From positions 23,498,001 to 23,562,000 of the forward strand of contig NC_073389.1 of assembly GCF_028641065.1 (NCBI RefSeq): a stretch of DNA of 64,000 nucleotides, in the 5' to 3' direction. This DNA comes from Leucoraja erinacea. Its lineage: Eukaryota. Of this stretch, positions 14,129 through 27,105 are shown in pieces. The notes beneath the pieces were generated by a model, which was not told where the DNA came from, ran no database searches, and worked only from the letters and a program-made list of their open reading frames with translations. Numbering within the stretch: position 1 is the stretch's first letter; each line of letters opens with the position of its first letter. The translations under genes were made by a program, and so were the position numbers.

Positions 14129-14763
14129 CTGTAGGTTGATCATTATGAAAAATTGTATCAGTAAATGCTTTCCTGTAACTTCAACAATATTCACAATAGT
14201 GGGAGATATAGTTTTGCATGAGAATACATTAGAATTTAAAATTCCATGAATTTGGACCAATCTATTTCTCTTTATATGAATTTCATTGACCGGCCAAAAA
14301 GATTTGATCAGAATGATGGTGCGAGTTGTTAATTTGCACTTGATCCTACCATATCCCATTATTTTTCATCTGCAGTGTCCTTAACGAACCACGAATGGTA
14401 AATTTACAAGAAATGGACGAAAGGGTATATTAAGTTTAAGCAACCTGTTAAATTATCAAATTAATTCCAACTTTGGATACTTTCATGACCTGATTAACAA
14501 AGGGCAACATATTGTGTAAAAGGGCAAGTTCAATTGTTCTGGACTTAAATTCAATTTTTAGCACATTCTTGCTCGCATGGAAAAGGCAATAAAAGATAGT
14601 CATTTATTATAGTAGGCAAGTTTATAGATTTCTTGAAAAAATACAAATGATAACGCATTACATTAATCAAAATTTTAATGTGGTGATCCAGTATCACTGA
14701 CATTAAGATACTACGCAAGAGAAAATCTATTCACTTTTTTTAAAAAAGGTACTAATTTCATAC

Positions 14764-14867
14764 TTTTCTATATCTTTCGATTTCATAATATGACTTTTGT
14801 TGGCAGTGAGCTTCCATGGTCCAAAATTAAATTCTTGCTTGCTGTTTTTGAAACTTTGCGTTGTCAT
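14764..14867 (-). CDS. TIPRL: TIPRL coding exon 1 (ATG at 14867; exon probably starts at 14883)
   Basis: 104 nt, [34 protein letters not shown](K), donor AA|GTATGA. Acceptor TTTTATTTCAG 16 nt upstream of the ATG. The seven exons sum to 849 nt = 282 aa plus stop. Confidence 0.94.
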
Positions 14868-15021
14868 ACTGTTCAAATGTTAGCTGAAATAAAATCCACA
14901 GCCTCAATTATGAATTATACTACACGTGTAAAATGATAGAGCTATCAATAAATTATTTACTAATATATATATCCAGTGATTACAGCAATGGACATTGAGG
15001 TAATCCTAGGAAGATTCTTTT

Positions 15022-15733
15022 TTTTATTTTTATAATTTTATTAGAAGTAGTATACATTACAATAATATAAGCCAAGAATAACATGATACATTACTTGTAC
15101 CACTTCATATTTTAAACTTTAAAAAGAAGAAAAGTAAAGAAAGTGAGATAGGATAGCAAGTGTGTGAAAGAGTGATCAAAAAAAGACCCTTAGACACAAA
15201 GAATTCGAAAAAGAGTTAAGAAGTAAGCCATAGGAAAAGAAAAAGAGAAAAAGAAAACAGATGATATATTAAAAGTAAAGAAAAGAGATAAAAGGGATAT
15301 ACCAACTTCGTATTTTTCCTCCCCCCTTACCAGGTCCTGAAATAAATTTATTTTCAGAATTCTGTTGCACCTTATACTTGTAGTAAGTCGATAAATGGAG
15401 ACCAAATCTTTTGGAAATGGTCTGGTTTGCCTGCTAGAAGGAATCTCATATCTTCCAGGTATAGCATTTCGGACATATTTGAAATCCACATATTTATTGT
15501 TGGTGTTGGGGCGATTTTCCAGAATTTAAGTATGAGTTTTTTTCCCATTATTAAACCGTAATTAAGTAAGTTCTTTTGGGATGCAGTTAGCTCAGGGCTG
15601 CCTTACATTGTTCCAAAAATAATCAGTTCTGCATTCGGTATCAGTTTTATTTTAAATAATTTTGTAAAGATTAAAAAAATTTCATCCCAAAATTTTTGGA
15701 TTTTTATACAAAAAACAAAGGAATGCGTTATAG
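15022..15733 (-). mobile_element. 5'-truncated L1 LINE with 16-bp TSD
   Basis: TSD ctaggaagattctttt at 15006-15021 and 15734-15749. Minus strand encodes an L1 ORF2 C-terminus (HSFVFC..FW...GKKLILKFWK..PTPT..W...FQKIWSPF, one stop), then AATAAA and an A-tail. Target site TT/AAAA. Confidence 0.9.
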
Positions 15734-16539
15734 CTAGGAAGATTCTTTTAAGCCAACCAACACAAAAGTTACTTGACCATGTCACCACACTACATGTTGC
15801 ATCCACATGTGCCCATGATAACATTAGCTAGCGTGTAAACAGTGACTCCTTCTGGAGACAGTTGTTCTTCACTCTATGGGCACCCTCCATTTTGTTGTGT
15901 AGTATTAATCTATCAGCAACAGCGAAAGAGTATCCCACCATATCATAGCCCATTGGCAACAGGTCATGGGACCAACCAGACTAAATAGAGCATTGTGGTA
16001 ATAGTACAAAGAGCAGCTAAAACTGAAGTTCCAACCAGATGAAGCTACAAAACAGAGGCACAAGATACTTCATATGTTGGAATCTTCAGCAAACAAAATG
16101 CTGGAGGAACACGGAAGCATCTGCGGAGGGAATAGACAGACAATGTTTTGGTCCGGGACCCTTCTTCAGACTGATAGAATTAAAGGGGAAAAGCTGGAAA
16201 GGAGAAGTAATGACAGAACAAAGCCTAGTAAGAGACAGGTGGATAGAGGTGAGGGAGAGTGATTGGCAGACGGATGGAGGAAGTGATACAGGCTAGGGGT
16301 GAAAAGGAGACAAATGGGTGGCATATAGGGAGTGAGGAGGAAGAATGAAATGTAGGGTGGAAGAAGTCTGAGGGAGCAACAATAGCAATGTTAAATGATG
16401 CACAACCTCACGATCAGATCAATACCCTGTAGCACTGCCACACATTGTCAATGTCGGTGGACAATTAAGCAGCTAAGACGAGGTGATGGCCTAAGTACAT
16501 CCCCTTCTTCAACAATGACAGAGCTCACCATGTGTGTGT

Positions 16540-16900
16540 TAAAGGTGAGGCTGGATCAATTGCAGCAATCTTCAGCCAAGTTAATGAACCATCGAAAGGA
16601 TCTACAGGAGTCGCTGCCTCAAAGCAACAACAGTGCTTCGTGTCCTTTCTCCACTGCAGTGGGAGGGAGCTAGCATCAATGCAGCCAGCATCGTCAGAGA
16701 CCCACACCACCCTGGTCATGTTCTCACACACTCCTGCCATCGAGAAAAATGTATAGATGCCTGAAAACTGTAATTGTAACTGCTTCTTCCCAACAACAGC
16801 CAGGCTATTAAACACTACAATCTCCAAATAGGCATCAAACTCTGTAGACTTGGGGGCATTATCTTTAACTTTGTATTATTATTTATTCATTTATTATACA
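16540..16900 (+). mobile_element. Degenerate Rex1/Babar-like LINE 3' fragment
   Basis: Decayed DPHHPGH..LLPS..YR.LKT...FFP...RLLN motif. A similar tail occurs at ~8830-9115. Confidence 0.55.
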
Positions 16901-16964
16901 TACCTCTAGCCTTTGTCACTTACTCCACCTGTCTGTCAATCACTCTCCCTCGCCTCTATCAACC

Positions 16965-17950
16965 TATCAGTGCTGGGACCCCAGCTATTTACAATATATA
17001 TCAATGATCTGGATGAGGGAATTGAATGCAACATCTCCAAGTTTGCGGATGACACGAAGCTGGGGGGCAGCGTTAGCTGTGAGGAGAATGCTAGGAGGCT
17101 GCAAGGTGACTTGGATAGGTTGGGTGAGTGGGCAAATGTATGGCAGATGCAGTATAATGTGGATAAATGTGAGGTTATCCACTTTGGTGGCAAAAACAGG
17201 AAAGTAGATTATTATCTGAATGGTGGCCGATTAGGAAAAGGGGAGATGCAACGAGACCTGGGTGTCATGGTACACCAGTCATTGAAAGTAGGCATGCAGG
17301 TGCAGCAGGCAGTGAAGAAAGCCAATGGCATGTTAGCATTCATAGCAAAAGGATTTGAGTATAAGAGCAGGGAGGTTCTACTGCAGTTGTCCAGGGTCTT
17401 GGTGAGACCACACCTGGAGTATTGCGTACAGTTTTGGTCTCCTAATATGAGGAAGGACATTCTTGCCATAGAGGGAGTGCAGAGAAGGTTCAGCAGACTG
17501 ATTCCTGGAATGGCAGGACTTTCATATGAAGAAAGACTGGATAGACTCGGCTTGTACACGCTAGAATTTAGAAGATTGAGGGGGGATCTTATAGAAACTT
17601 ACAAGATTCTTAAGGGGTTGGACAGGCTAAATGCAGGAAGATTATTCCCGATGTTGGGGAAGTCCAGAACAAGGGGTCACAGTTTAAAGATAAGAGGGAA
17701 GTCTTTTAGGACCTAGATGAGAAAATCATTTGTTACACAGAGAGTGGTGAATCTGTGGAATTCTCTGCCACAGAAGGTAGTTGAGGCCAGTTCATTGGCT
17801 GGATTTCAGAGGGTTAGATGTGGCCCTTGTGGCTAAAGTGATCAGGAAGGCAGGTGTGGGATATTGATTTGGATGATCAGCCATGAGCCAAGCTCGAAGG
17901 GCCGAATGGTCTACTCCTGCACTTATTTTCTATGTTTCTATGTTTCTATC
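16965..17950 (+). mobile_element. CR1 LINE, 5'-truncated, with about 250 codons of open ORF2
   Basis: SVLGPQLFTIYINDLD...SKFADDTKL RT motif, RPHLEYCVQFWSP, RRLRGDLIETYKIL. 3' end has the (TTTCTATG)n repeat. Confidence 0.95.
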
Positions 17951-20900
17951 ACTTGCCAGGCTTAGTTCTGTCCCTACTTCTCCTTTCCAGTTGCTTATTA
18001 TGAGTCCTACAAGGTATTATGTTGACATATTTGTTGTGCTGCTGCAGGTAAGAATTTATTTGTTCCATTTCAAGACAAGTGACAATAAAACACTCTTGAT
18101 TCAAGTTAACTTCTTTCTGTGATCTTCACCATCACAGAGACCAATTTTCAGCCAATACAATTATCGCTGGGTAATTCAACTTAAATAGCTGAGGGCAAGC
18201 AACAGGTTACATACCAGCGTTGAACACCTTCAGAAGAATTATAAAAACAATTAATCTATGAAATTGTTGAATAGTAAAAATTTCCCATGTTCACAAATAG
18301 CGGGCTAGATAATTATCACCCTATAGATTTGGTGACAATCACCAGTAAAGTGCTGAGATGAGTTCTGACATAGAACAGTGCAGCAGAAGAACAGGCCCTT
18401 CGGCCCACAATGTCTGTGCCAAACTTGATGCCAAGCCCATCACTTATCTGTCTTCCAAAATTCCATATCCCTCCACCGTCTGCATATCCATGTGCCTATG
18501 CAAAAGTATTTCAAATGCCACTAACCTATCTGTTTCTGCCACCTCCCCTGGCAGCGTGTTCCAGGCACTCACCACCCTCTATGTAAAAAAACATGCCCCG
18601 CACACATCTCCTTTAAACTTTGCCCCTTTCACCTTAAAGCTATGACAGGAGAGAATGCCACAGATTTGGTTTTCACTAGAGGATGGATCTTAAGGTTCTT
18701 CCATGATTTTGGTTGGGGAACATTCAGATTGACTTCTATGATACACAGTCCTTTATGCTGAAACCTTGAATATGGACTAGTCCACAGACTCAAAGCAGTC
18801 ATGTATGTCCTCAGATCAGCACTGTATGAATTCCGTGGACCAAATTATCACACTTTAGTGTCTGCTTGTAAACAGGGACTAGAGCACAACCCGATGGTCA
18901 GATTGCAGCAGGGGAGTGTTCAACATCTTTAATGGTCAAGAAATCACCAGTTTTGCTGAACGGTGTCCTCAGGGTACTTTCTTTCAAGGGTATTTGGATC
19001 TTTTTATGTACATTCACTGCAAGCTTCATGTCAGCAGTTGGGATAGATTAAGTGAATTCCAGTAGCAGTAATATGGGGGGAGAACTTCAGTGTTAATTCT
19101 CGGAGGAGCTCACCAGGACTGTTTTGATCAAGCACTATGAGGTGTTGATTAAGACAATTCCTCCATCTCTTACCAATTAAGCTCTCTCTCACCACAATGG
19201 AGAAAGGACACAAAGCACCATTGTTGCTTTTGGCTTCATATGAAAATAAAATTATTATTTTTACATTTTTTGGCAACAAGATGAAACTATTGATTGCAAA
19301 AATGTTAACTAAAGTGCATTGTACCAATCAGCTGTCCAGGTATGTCAGTGAATAATCAGCGGGCGGAAAGGCTCATATGCTCACAGAAGGACTGGGTGAT
19401 TCAAACGGGTTATTCATTGCCATGGAGAGTTCAGCATCTCAGTGGAGGCCTCTAGTGGATTAGAAAGATGTTGTACAATAAGAAAAGTCTTATTAAGTGT
19501 TAGCTCATTGGGCCATCAAAAGACATGCCTCAATAAGCAACTGATCCTTAAATATCACATCAACATCATTGATAAAGGCTTATCAATTTTACTGTATTCA
19601 CTCTTATGCATTGGCAGAACAATCAGTTCTTGTTGATCTTCTTGACTTACCAGGCTCAAGCCCGATGTAAAAAAAATCACGGTGGCACAACAAATAATGG
19701 TGCTGTCTCAGAGCTCCAGCTTTGAATCTGACCTTGTGCTGTTGCCTGTGTGGAGTTTGCACGTTTGCCCCCTGGCCTTACGAGTCTTTGCCGGGTGCTT
19801 GATTTCCTACCAGTCTACAGACATACTGGTAGATTAATGGGCCACTGTAAACTAATCCTTATTGTAATTAATCTATTAGCTAAGTGTGTAAACATACAAG
19901 GAATTTGATTTGCCAACAGTCATACAAAAAAGCAACAAGATACACAACCACATAAAAATTAAACATACACTTAAACAGCCACCACAACGGCGTGTGAGAA
20001 TCCCCAGGGCACACAGCATAAGAAGAGACCTATAGCCATCAGTTCAATGTCTGTGCCACACACACGCTCCTCTGATGTCACCTGTGATCGGCAAATTACA
20101 AAATAATGTAAATTGCAGTTGATGGTTATGAAGGAGATAGTTGCAGGTGATAAGAGGGGAAAGAGTCAGCATGGATGTTATAAACTTTTATACTTCTCTG
20201 CATTTGTAAGAAGTTAGATGCCAGGTAACAACATTGTATTTGTAGTTACTAGATAGATTAAATGTATTTATGAAAGCTTAAAATAAAACCTCAACAGTGG
20301 GACATTAAAACCTTGTTGCAGTCTGGGTCCCAGTTCAATGTTACATGCAAGGAACATGCCTGCAGTTCATTCAAATCCACTTTCTGCATAGGATGTTCCC
20401 AGTCCAGATACCACTGGATTCTTAACATCCAAGTAGTGTCCTCAACAACTGCAACGTTTTTATCCAAATCTTGAATGATTTCAGTTCTACACAAACACTA
20501 TCCCCATCGTATGAACAACATCCTACTTACAATCTGCCTTTTGTTCTCCTCATATACCCTGGTACCATGCTTCCAATTCCTTCATCCACTAAGCCACTGT
20601 GTGTCACACACTCTTCAATTCCCTACACTCTATATTACTTCACATCACATGCTCAATTGTATAATCTTTTGTTCACTGCTTCAATTCTCTGAATTGTTTT
20701 CTTCAATCGTTTTAAAACATCTCATAGAAATAACAAACTTCAGATGCTGATTTACAAAAGAAAACAAAGTGAAGCAGTAACTCAGCGGGTCAGGCAGCAT
20801 CTATGGAGAATATGGATAGGTGACATTTCGGGTCAGGGCTCTTCCTCAGTCTCTCGTTATTCTTTGCTTTTCTTCCTTGTTGTACATTTTCACTACCCTT

Positions 20901-21559
20901 ATCTTTTTGCTCCTCTTTCCCCATCACTCCATTTACTGCCCTCCCATCTTTTGCCCAGTCTTCCCCCTTCCATCAACTCTTCAAAATCTTACCGCATCTC
21001 TCCTCCAACTCATATCCCCTTTCCCCGATTCCCATAATTCCTCCATGACCCCCCAGCACTCCCTCTCACCCACAAAACAAACCCACTCTCCCATCCCAAT
21101 ATCACCACACTCACTCTCTCCTTCACGACACCACCCTTTCTCCCTAACACACAATATGCTCCATCTTATCCCTCTCTCCCCTACTTGACACCCCCATGCT
21201 CCCTCGCATATTGTCCCAGCCACTGCTTGCTCCTTCCTTCCCTGGCAACCGTGCTCCCCCACCATGTCACACCACACTTTCACCCCTAGTTTCAACCCTG
21301 TCGGTACCTTTTCTGAACCTTCATCCTCCCGATTGTTCAATCCTAACACACTCTCCTCTCCGAGTCCATCATCCCCCTCCTGATTGTCTCTTCCTGTGGC
21401 TCCTTCACCTTACTGATACTATCCTCACTCACTCACTCCCCATCCCACATCCATACCCTCACTGCCCCCTCCATCTCCATTTGTCCCCTTCATCCACATC
21501 CGCCTCCTTCCTTCACCCCTCACTGTCCCCTTCATAACCTCACCCTGTTCATCACTTCG

Positions 21560-21880
21560 CCTCCTCCCCCCCGCCCGCTTCAGCCCTCCGCCCGCTTCAT
21601 CCCCTTGACCCTCCGCCCGCCCGCCCGCCCGTCGCCTCCTTCACCCCTCACCGCTCTCCAGCGCTCTCTCTCTGTCTCCCGCCGCGCCGCCGCCGTTACG
21701 TTACTCCCGTGCTCCCTCTGCCCAGGCCACGGAGCCGCCGGCATTGCGGGCCGACATCGCCCGGGAACCCTCCGAACGTTCCGCCCTCTCACACGACAGC
21801 TCCCGGCGGCAGCCAGCACCCCCAACCTCCACGGGAAATAGCCACGTATGATTTAAAACACTTTACCCCTCGGCTCGCTC
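21560..21880 (-). promoter_or_regulatory. CpG island, probable TIPRL promoter and non-coding exon 1
   Basis: Dense CpG island with GC boxes (ccgccc repeats) about 6.8 kb upstream of the ATG exon. Candidate donors GCG|GTGAGG (21652/21651) and GGA|GTAACG (~21705). Confidence 0.7.
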
Positions 21881-23107
21881 CTGTTTCTGACTGAAATTAT
21901 GAAAGACTCGTTGAGTAATTGACTGAGGTCCATCTGCTTAAAGTGTCCGTGGGGCCAGCAACAGAAAAGCAGTAGTTGAGCTCACATCCTAGGGAGGCAA
22001 CACTAGTTGTTGTTATTAGGCCAGGGCTATGATAATGGAGACATATAAAAGGTCATTAATCTAAAACACGAACTGTTTCTCCCCCTACACAGATGCTGCC
22101 AGACTTGCTATGTATATTTCGTGTATTTTCTTTTATTTCAGATTTCCAGGGTCTGTAGTCATTTGCTCTTGGGTTATTAATCTGGAGATATGTTTAAATC
22201 AGTTTATGGCATTCAGTAATTCAAATAACAGGGCTGCCAACACTGGGTGAACGTTGAGAGTGAGAAATTGCGAGGGAGTGCAGCGACCAAGCCCGAGGTA
22301 GGGGGGTCATATGAAGCCAAAATCAAATCTGGCTCTGGTGCTGTAAGGCAGCAACTCTACCGCTGCGCCAACGTGCAACCCCATTAAAAATAAAATTTCT
22401 GTAATATATTTATTATGGTGTCACGTCAATAAAGATGAACACATGATTCTGATTTCTGCCCTTAGTTGGATAAAACACATCTCCAGTCATTGTGTTTTTT
22501 ACATCTATATGGCTGGTTTTCAACCTCTTCAGTCTGAAGGTCTCGGCCGGAAACATCACCCATTCTTTCTCTCCAGAGATGCTGTCTGTCCCGCTGAGTT
22601 ACTCCAGCTTTTTGTGTCTATCTTCAGTTTAAACCAGCACCTGCAGTTCCTCCCTACACTCTTTGTTAAGCGAAATGTCATATTCTCATAATATTATTCA
22701 CCTCAACTAAGTATTTTCTTCCTCTCCGTTGCTGCAGAGAATAAAATCCCAGTTATCAAATATTTCTTCAAAGTGGAAAAAAAAATCCAGCCCTGCCAAC
22801 ATCTTCATAAATCGCCTCTGGATCCTCTACAGAGCAATTGCACCTTTTCTACAATGTGTCATAGTCTTACACCATGGGAACAGGCCCTTCATCCCAACTT
22901 GTCCATGCAGATCAAGATGCCCATTTATCCGCATTTGGCCCATATTCCTTTAAACCTTTCCTGTCCACGTACTTGTCCAAATGTCTTTTAAATGCGTTGT
23001 TTTACATGCCTACTTCCCCAGGCAGCTCGTTCCACATGCCCACCATCCTCTGTGTGAAAATGTTGTCCCTCAGGTTCCTATTAAATCGTTCCTCTCTCAC
23101 TTTAAAC

Positions 23108-24259
23108 CAGGGGTGTCAAACTCATTTTAGGTCACAGGCCGGATAGGGCAAAATACGACATGCGGATCAGTTGTGCACATGCGAACGCACCCTTTCCATT
23201 AATAAACCATTTGAAATCGAAGATTAGCAGACACAAATGTAGACTTAACAAAACAAATTGTAAATGTAAGCTACACAACTGCACCTATTTGTTTTAGCCT
23301 GCTTCCAGCAATCAAACTCAGACAATGAACACAGTTAGCCTTTAATTTTTATTGGTGATTGAAGTGAGGGTGTGTGAAGGTGTGAGGGTGTGTGTGAGGG
23401 AGTGTGAGAGTGTGTGTGATGTGTGTGAGGGTGTGTGTGAGAGTGTGTGTGTGTATCAGTGTGTGTGTGTGTGTCAGTGTGTGTGTGAGGGGGTGTCAGT
23501 ATGTGAGAGTGTGTGTGTGAGTGTTGGTGTGTGAGAGTGTATGTGTGAGGGTGTGTCAGTGTATGTGTGTGTAAGTGTTTGTGAGAGTGTGTGAGGGTGT
23601 GTGAGAATGTATGTGTGAGGGTGTGTAATAGAGTGTGTGAGAGAGTGTGTACCAGGGTGTGTATCAGTGTGTGTCAGGTTGTGTGTATCAGTGTGTGTGT
23701 GTCAGGTTGTGTGTGTCAGTGAAGCGGCGACAACACCCTGAGTGAGCGGACATTCGGAGACTTGGTGATGTCTGGAGAGCATTTCCCTCTTGCCCCCCCC
23801 CCCCCCCCCCCCCCACTCTTCCCCCCTCCCCCCGTGAATGCGGGCGGGCCCAGGTGCTCTGTGTCCAGCTAGGGTCCGGGGGAGGTGAGGGTCAGTGACC
23901 CGGGGGTATGGGGGAGGTGAGGGTCAGTGACCCGGGGGTCGGGCATCGGAGCGGAGCCTTAGCCCGAGATTCATCCCCGCCGCTCAGGAGACGGCACCGA
24001 CGACCCCACTCACCCGGTCCGCTCCTGGCTCCGGGCCGGGGTTAAATCTCCATGTGGTGTGGACAGAGTGGCCGATGGACACAGAGCCGCCGGAGGTGAG
24101 GGTGGGAGGTGTGAGTGGTGCCTCAGGGGTCAGCGCTGGTACCACTGGCATGTCTCACCTATCACACCATCTGCACGGGAATGTGTCGCTTAGTTTTGAG
24201 TCTAATCATCCCAGCGGGCAGGATTGGACCCTTCGCTGGCCGGTAGGTTGACAGCCCTG
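23108..24259. mobile_element. hAT-Charlie-like non-autonomous element inserted in a CR1 fragment
   Basis: TIRs CAGGGGTGTCAAACT and AGGTTGACAGCCCTG, 8-bp TSD ctttaaac/cttgaaac (1 mismatch). CR1 3' sequence at ~22860-23107 resumes at ~24268-24345. Confidence 0.8.
23365..23720. repeat. Degenerate (TG)n microsatellite
   Basis: About 350 bp of GT dinucleotides with GAG/CAG interruptions, inside the hAT element. Confidence 0.9.
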
Positions 24260-26849
24260 CTTGAAACCAATGCCTTGAATCACATATCCCGGGAAAAAGA
24301 CTATACATTCACCTTATGTATTCCCCTCATGGTTTTTACTCACCTCTAAAACAACTTTTGCTTTATTATGAATTTGTGACTTTATTTATTTATTTATTTA
24401 TTTAAAAAAGATTTGAGCGTGAGAAATTCTGTGATCAGCGTGACAGCGTGAGAATTTCATGAAATGCGTGATTCTCACGCTCAATGCGTGGGAGTTGGCA
24501 GCCCTGAAGTAATGAAACAAATATTCATTAAATCAGGACATAAGTAACCATGACTGTGAATTTATAGTTTTTTTTGTGGGAAAAAAATGATGTCATAGGA
24601 ATTCTAATCTTACCTTGTCTACCATTTGATTGACCTCATTATCCTTCTGAAATCGTTGTTCAGGGGATTTGGGATGGAAAAATTGTTGGCAAAGCTACAA
24701 AAAAAATCAAACAATTCATTATCCCATGGATCAATCTAATATTTTCGCTTTCTAGAGAATGGCTGATTCCAGAATGATCTTCCTATACCGTCTGAGCTAC
24801 ATCCTACCATCTACCATACCTACAGATATTGCAAGGGAAAGGTTACAAATCTGGTCCCTCTGAGATTGCAGCTGCTTTAAGCACAGCACAAGGCAATGAG
24901 CATTGAGCAAACCTCACTGTTCAATCTCATTTTATTTCAGGAGACCCTTTAACATTACTGGATGTAAACTTGGAGCAAGTAAATGAGCAGGCATAAATTG
25001 TAGTCCAACTCCAAGAGGTAGTTGCTCATGGACAATATGGCATTTTGATGCATTTACTGGTGAGTATTATTATTGAAATAGATACAGCTGGGTCACGTTA
25101 ATTCCTGTGTTTACTTCTACTGTTCCACATTCAAATTATGCCAGAGAAAATGGAAAATTCTGAGCAAAGAAACTTGGCAAACATCTTGAAAAATAAGGGG
25201 CTTTGTGAGAATATGAAGAAAAAAAATCACAGGCACTTGTGGAATTAATTTTGGTGAGTTGCTAGCTCAGTAATATTCAATCTAATCTAGACAATGCTTC
25301 TGCCATTATCCCTGCTCCCATCTCCCCTGCTGTGGGGTTATATAGTGCCCTCCATAATGTTTGGGACAAAGACTCATCATTTATTTATTTGCCTCTGTAC
25401 TGCACAATTTGAGATTTGTAATAGAAAAAAAATCACATGTGGTTAAAGTGCACATTGTCAGATTTTAATAGAGGCCATTTTTATACATTTTGGTTTCACC
25501 ACGTAGAAATTACAACAGTGTTTACAGTGTTATTTTAGTTCTGAAGAATGGTCCCGACACAAAACTTCACATCCATTTCTTCCAGAGACATTGCCTGACT
25601 CGTTGCATTCCTTCCTAGTTTCTACATATTGAATACCTCAGACTTTCTCTTCACTAGCGGATGTACTTAAGGTTCATCCATGATTTTGGTTGGGGAACAC
25701 TCAGATTGACTTCTTTCTTATGCACAACTTGATGGGCAGATTGTGACAGGCAATATTTTTGGGCCTCTGGTGAGACAGGAGATGTGTTCATAGTACTTTT
25801 GTAAACCAACATCTGCAGTTCCTTATTTCTTAAATGGCTGTATCTGTCCAGTTCATTGAGGAGTGTGCTGCAGGTAATCTATGATCTAGAAACACACAGA
25901 AGTGTACATCTCATTAGAGTGTACATTCATCTCATTAGAGAATGTGTTCTTGCCAGGAAGGCTTTCAACGAGATGCAGAGTGTTCTCAAGGTTCAACCTG
26001 AATAGCTGCTTAACCCATGATTCATATTCTTATAGAAGCTGTTCCCAGGGACAGAAGGTGAAACAAATGTCAACTGCCGCTGGGAACCTTCAATGAAGTG
26101 AAAAACACCCTCTTGTATATCTGAAACTCAAGGTGTTGTTGATGAATGAGTGCTGCAAACTGACATGCTCAAAGGTCCTGGACTATATGCCAAGGGATAT
26201 GCTGAACCTTTGTGTTTCAAGTACTCAATTGGGAAAGACCAAAGTTTATAGCTGCCCTGTCATTGCGCACAAATTAGTTGAACTCTACCAAACTATTAGC
26301 TTTAAGTTGTAAATAAATGATGATGGATGTCATGCTAATGTTAAGTAACAGGCAAAACATAACTCTTGAAAATATTAACTTGAATAGTCTGTATTACATA
26401 TTTTAGATTTTTTTAAATGAGTAAAATATATTTTGAAGGAAAGGCTGGTATGGGTCAATTGTTTGCATATGTTTAGAATAAACCCCATGCTCTCAATGTG
26501 CATCAGTGAAAAAAACAGCTATATGGCTGCACTGACTGCACTATGTCACCATGGCTGGCTCAGATGAGTTGTTGAGGGAATGGAAGGATTGTAACAAGGG
26601 TCTGTTGCTGACAAATGGGTTCAGGTGATTGGGATTGTACAGAGATCTTCCTGTTGATATAAAGGAATTCATGGTCTTGGAGATGCATACAAGATTGCCC
26701 CCTGCACCAATCGGACACAAAAACAAATCTATGAATTCCCAAGCTCTTTGCTTTGAGTTAAGTGGAGACTAAAGAAGGGTCCCAATCCAAAATGTCACCT
26801 AGCCACATTCTCCAGGCCTGCTAAGTCACTCCAGCACTTTAGGCTTTAA

Positions 26850-27105
26850 AATTACAGCGTGGAAACAGGCCAGTTGGCCCACCGAATCTACGCCGACCAG
26901 CAATCACCTGCACGATCCTGCACACTAGGGACAATTTACAATTTACAGAATCCAATTAACTTACAAACCTATATGTCAGTGGAGTGTGGGAGGAAATCAG
27001 ATCACCCGGAGAAAACCCATGCGGTCACGCACTAAAAAACTCTGTATCGAACCCGGGTCTCTGGCGCTGTAAGGCAGCAACTCTACTGCCACGCCACCGT
27101 GCTGC
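26850..27105 (-). mobile_element. HE1-like SINE (another at ~27598-27890)
   Basis: Reverse-complement head GCACGGTGGCGTGGCAGTAGAGTTGCTGCC...GGGTTCGAT, with core and tail. Confidence 0.82.

Larger units (their letters stand above)
22229..24506. mobile_element. Non-autonomous hAT-like DNA element (outer) with nested insertions
   Basis: 13-bp perfect TIR CAGGGCTGCCAAC at 22229 and GTTGGCAGCCCTG ending at 24506. Subterminal GCGTGAGA-type repeats. Flanks aaataa/aagtaa. Confidence 0.65.

Noticed and set aside
16913-17716. Longest ORF (267 aa) as a host gene
   Set aside because: It is CR1 ORF2 (RT domain end and C-terminus), 5'-truncated, without a true start.
20291-20494. 67-aa ORF with protein-like composition as a pseudogene fragment
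   Set aside because: No recognisable homology or convincing splice sites. A translated search would be needed.
20744-21894. Pro/Ser/His/Leu-rich ORFs near the TIPRL promoter
   Set aside because: Artefacts of the C/T-skewed tract and the CpG island.
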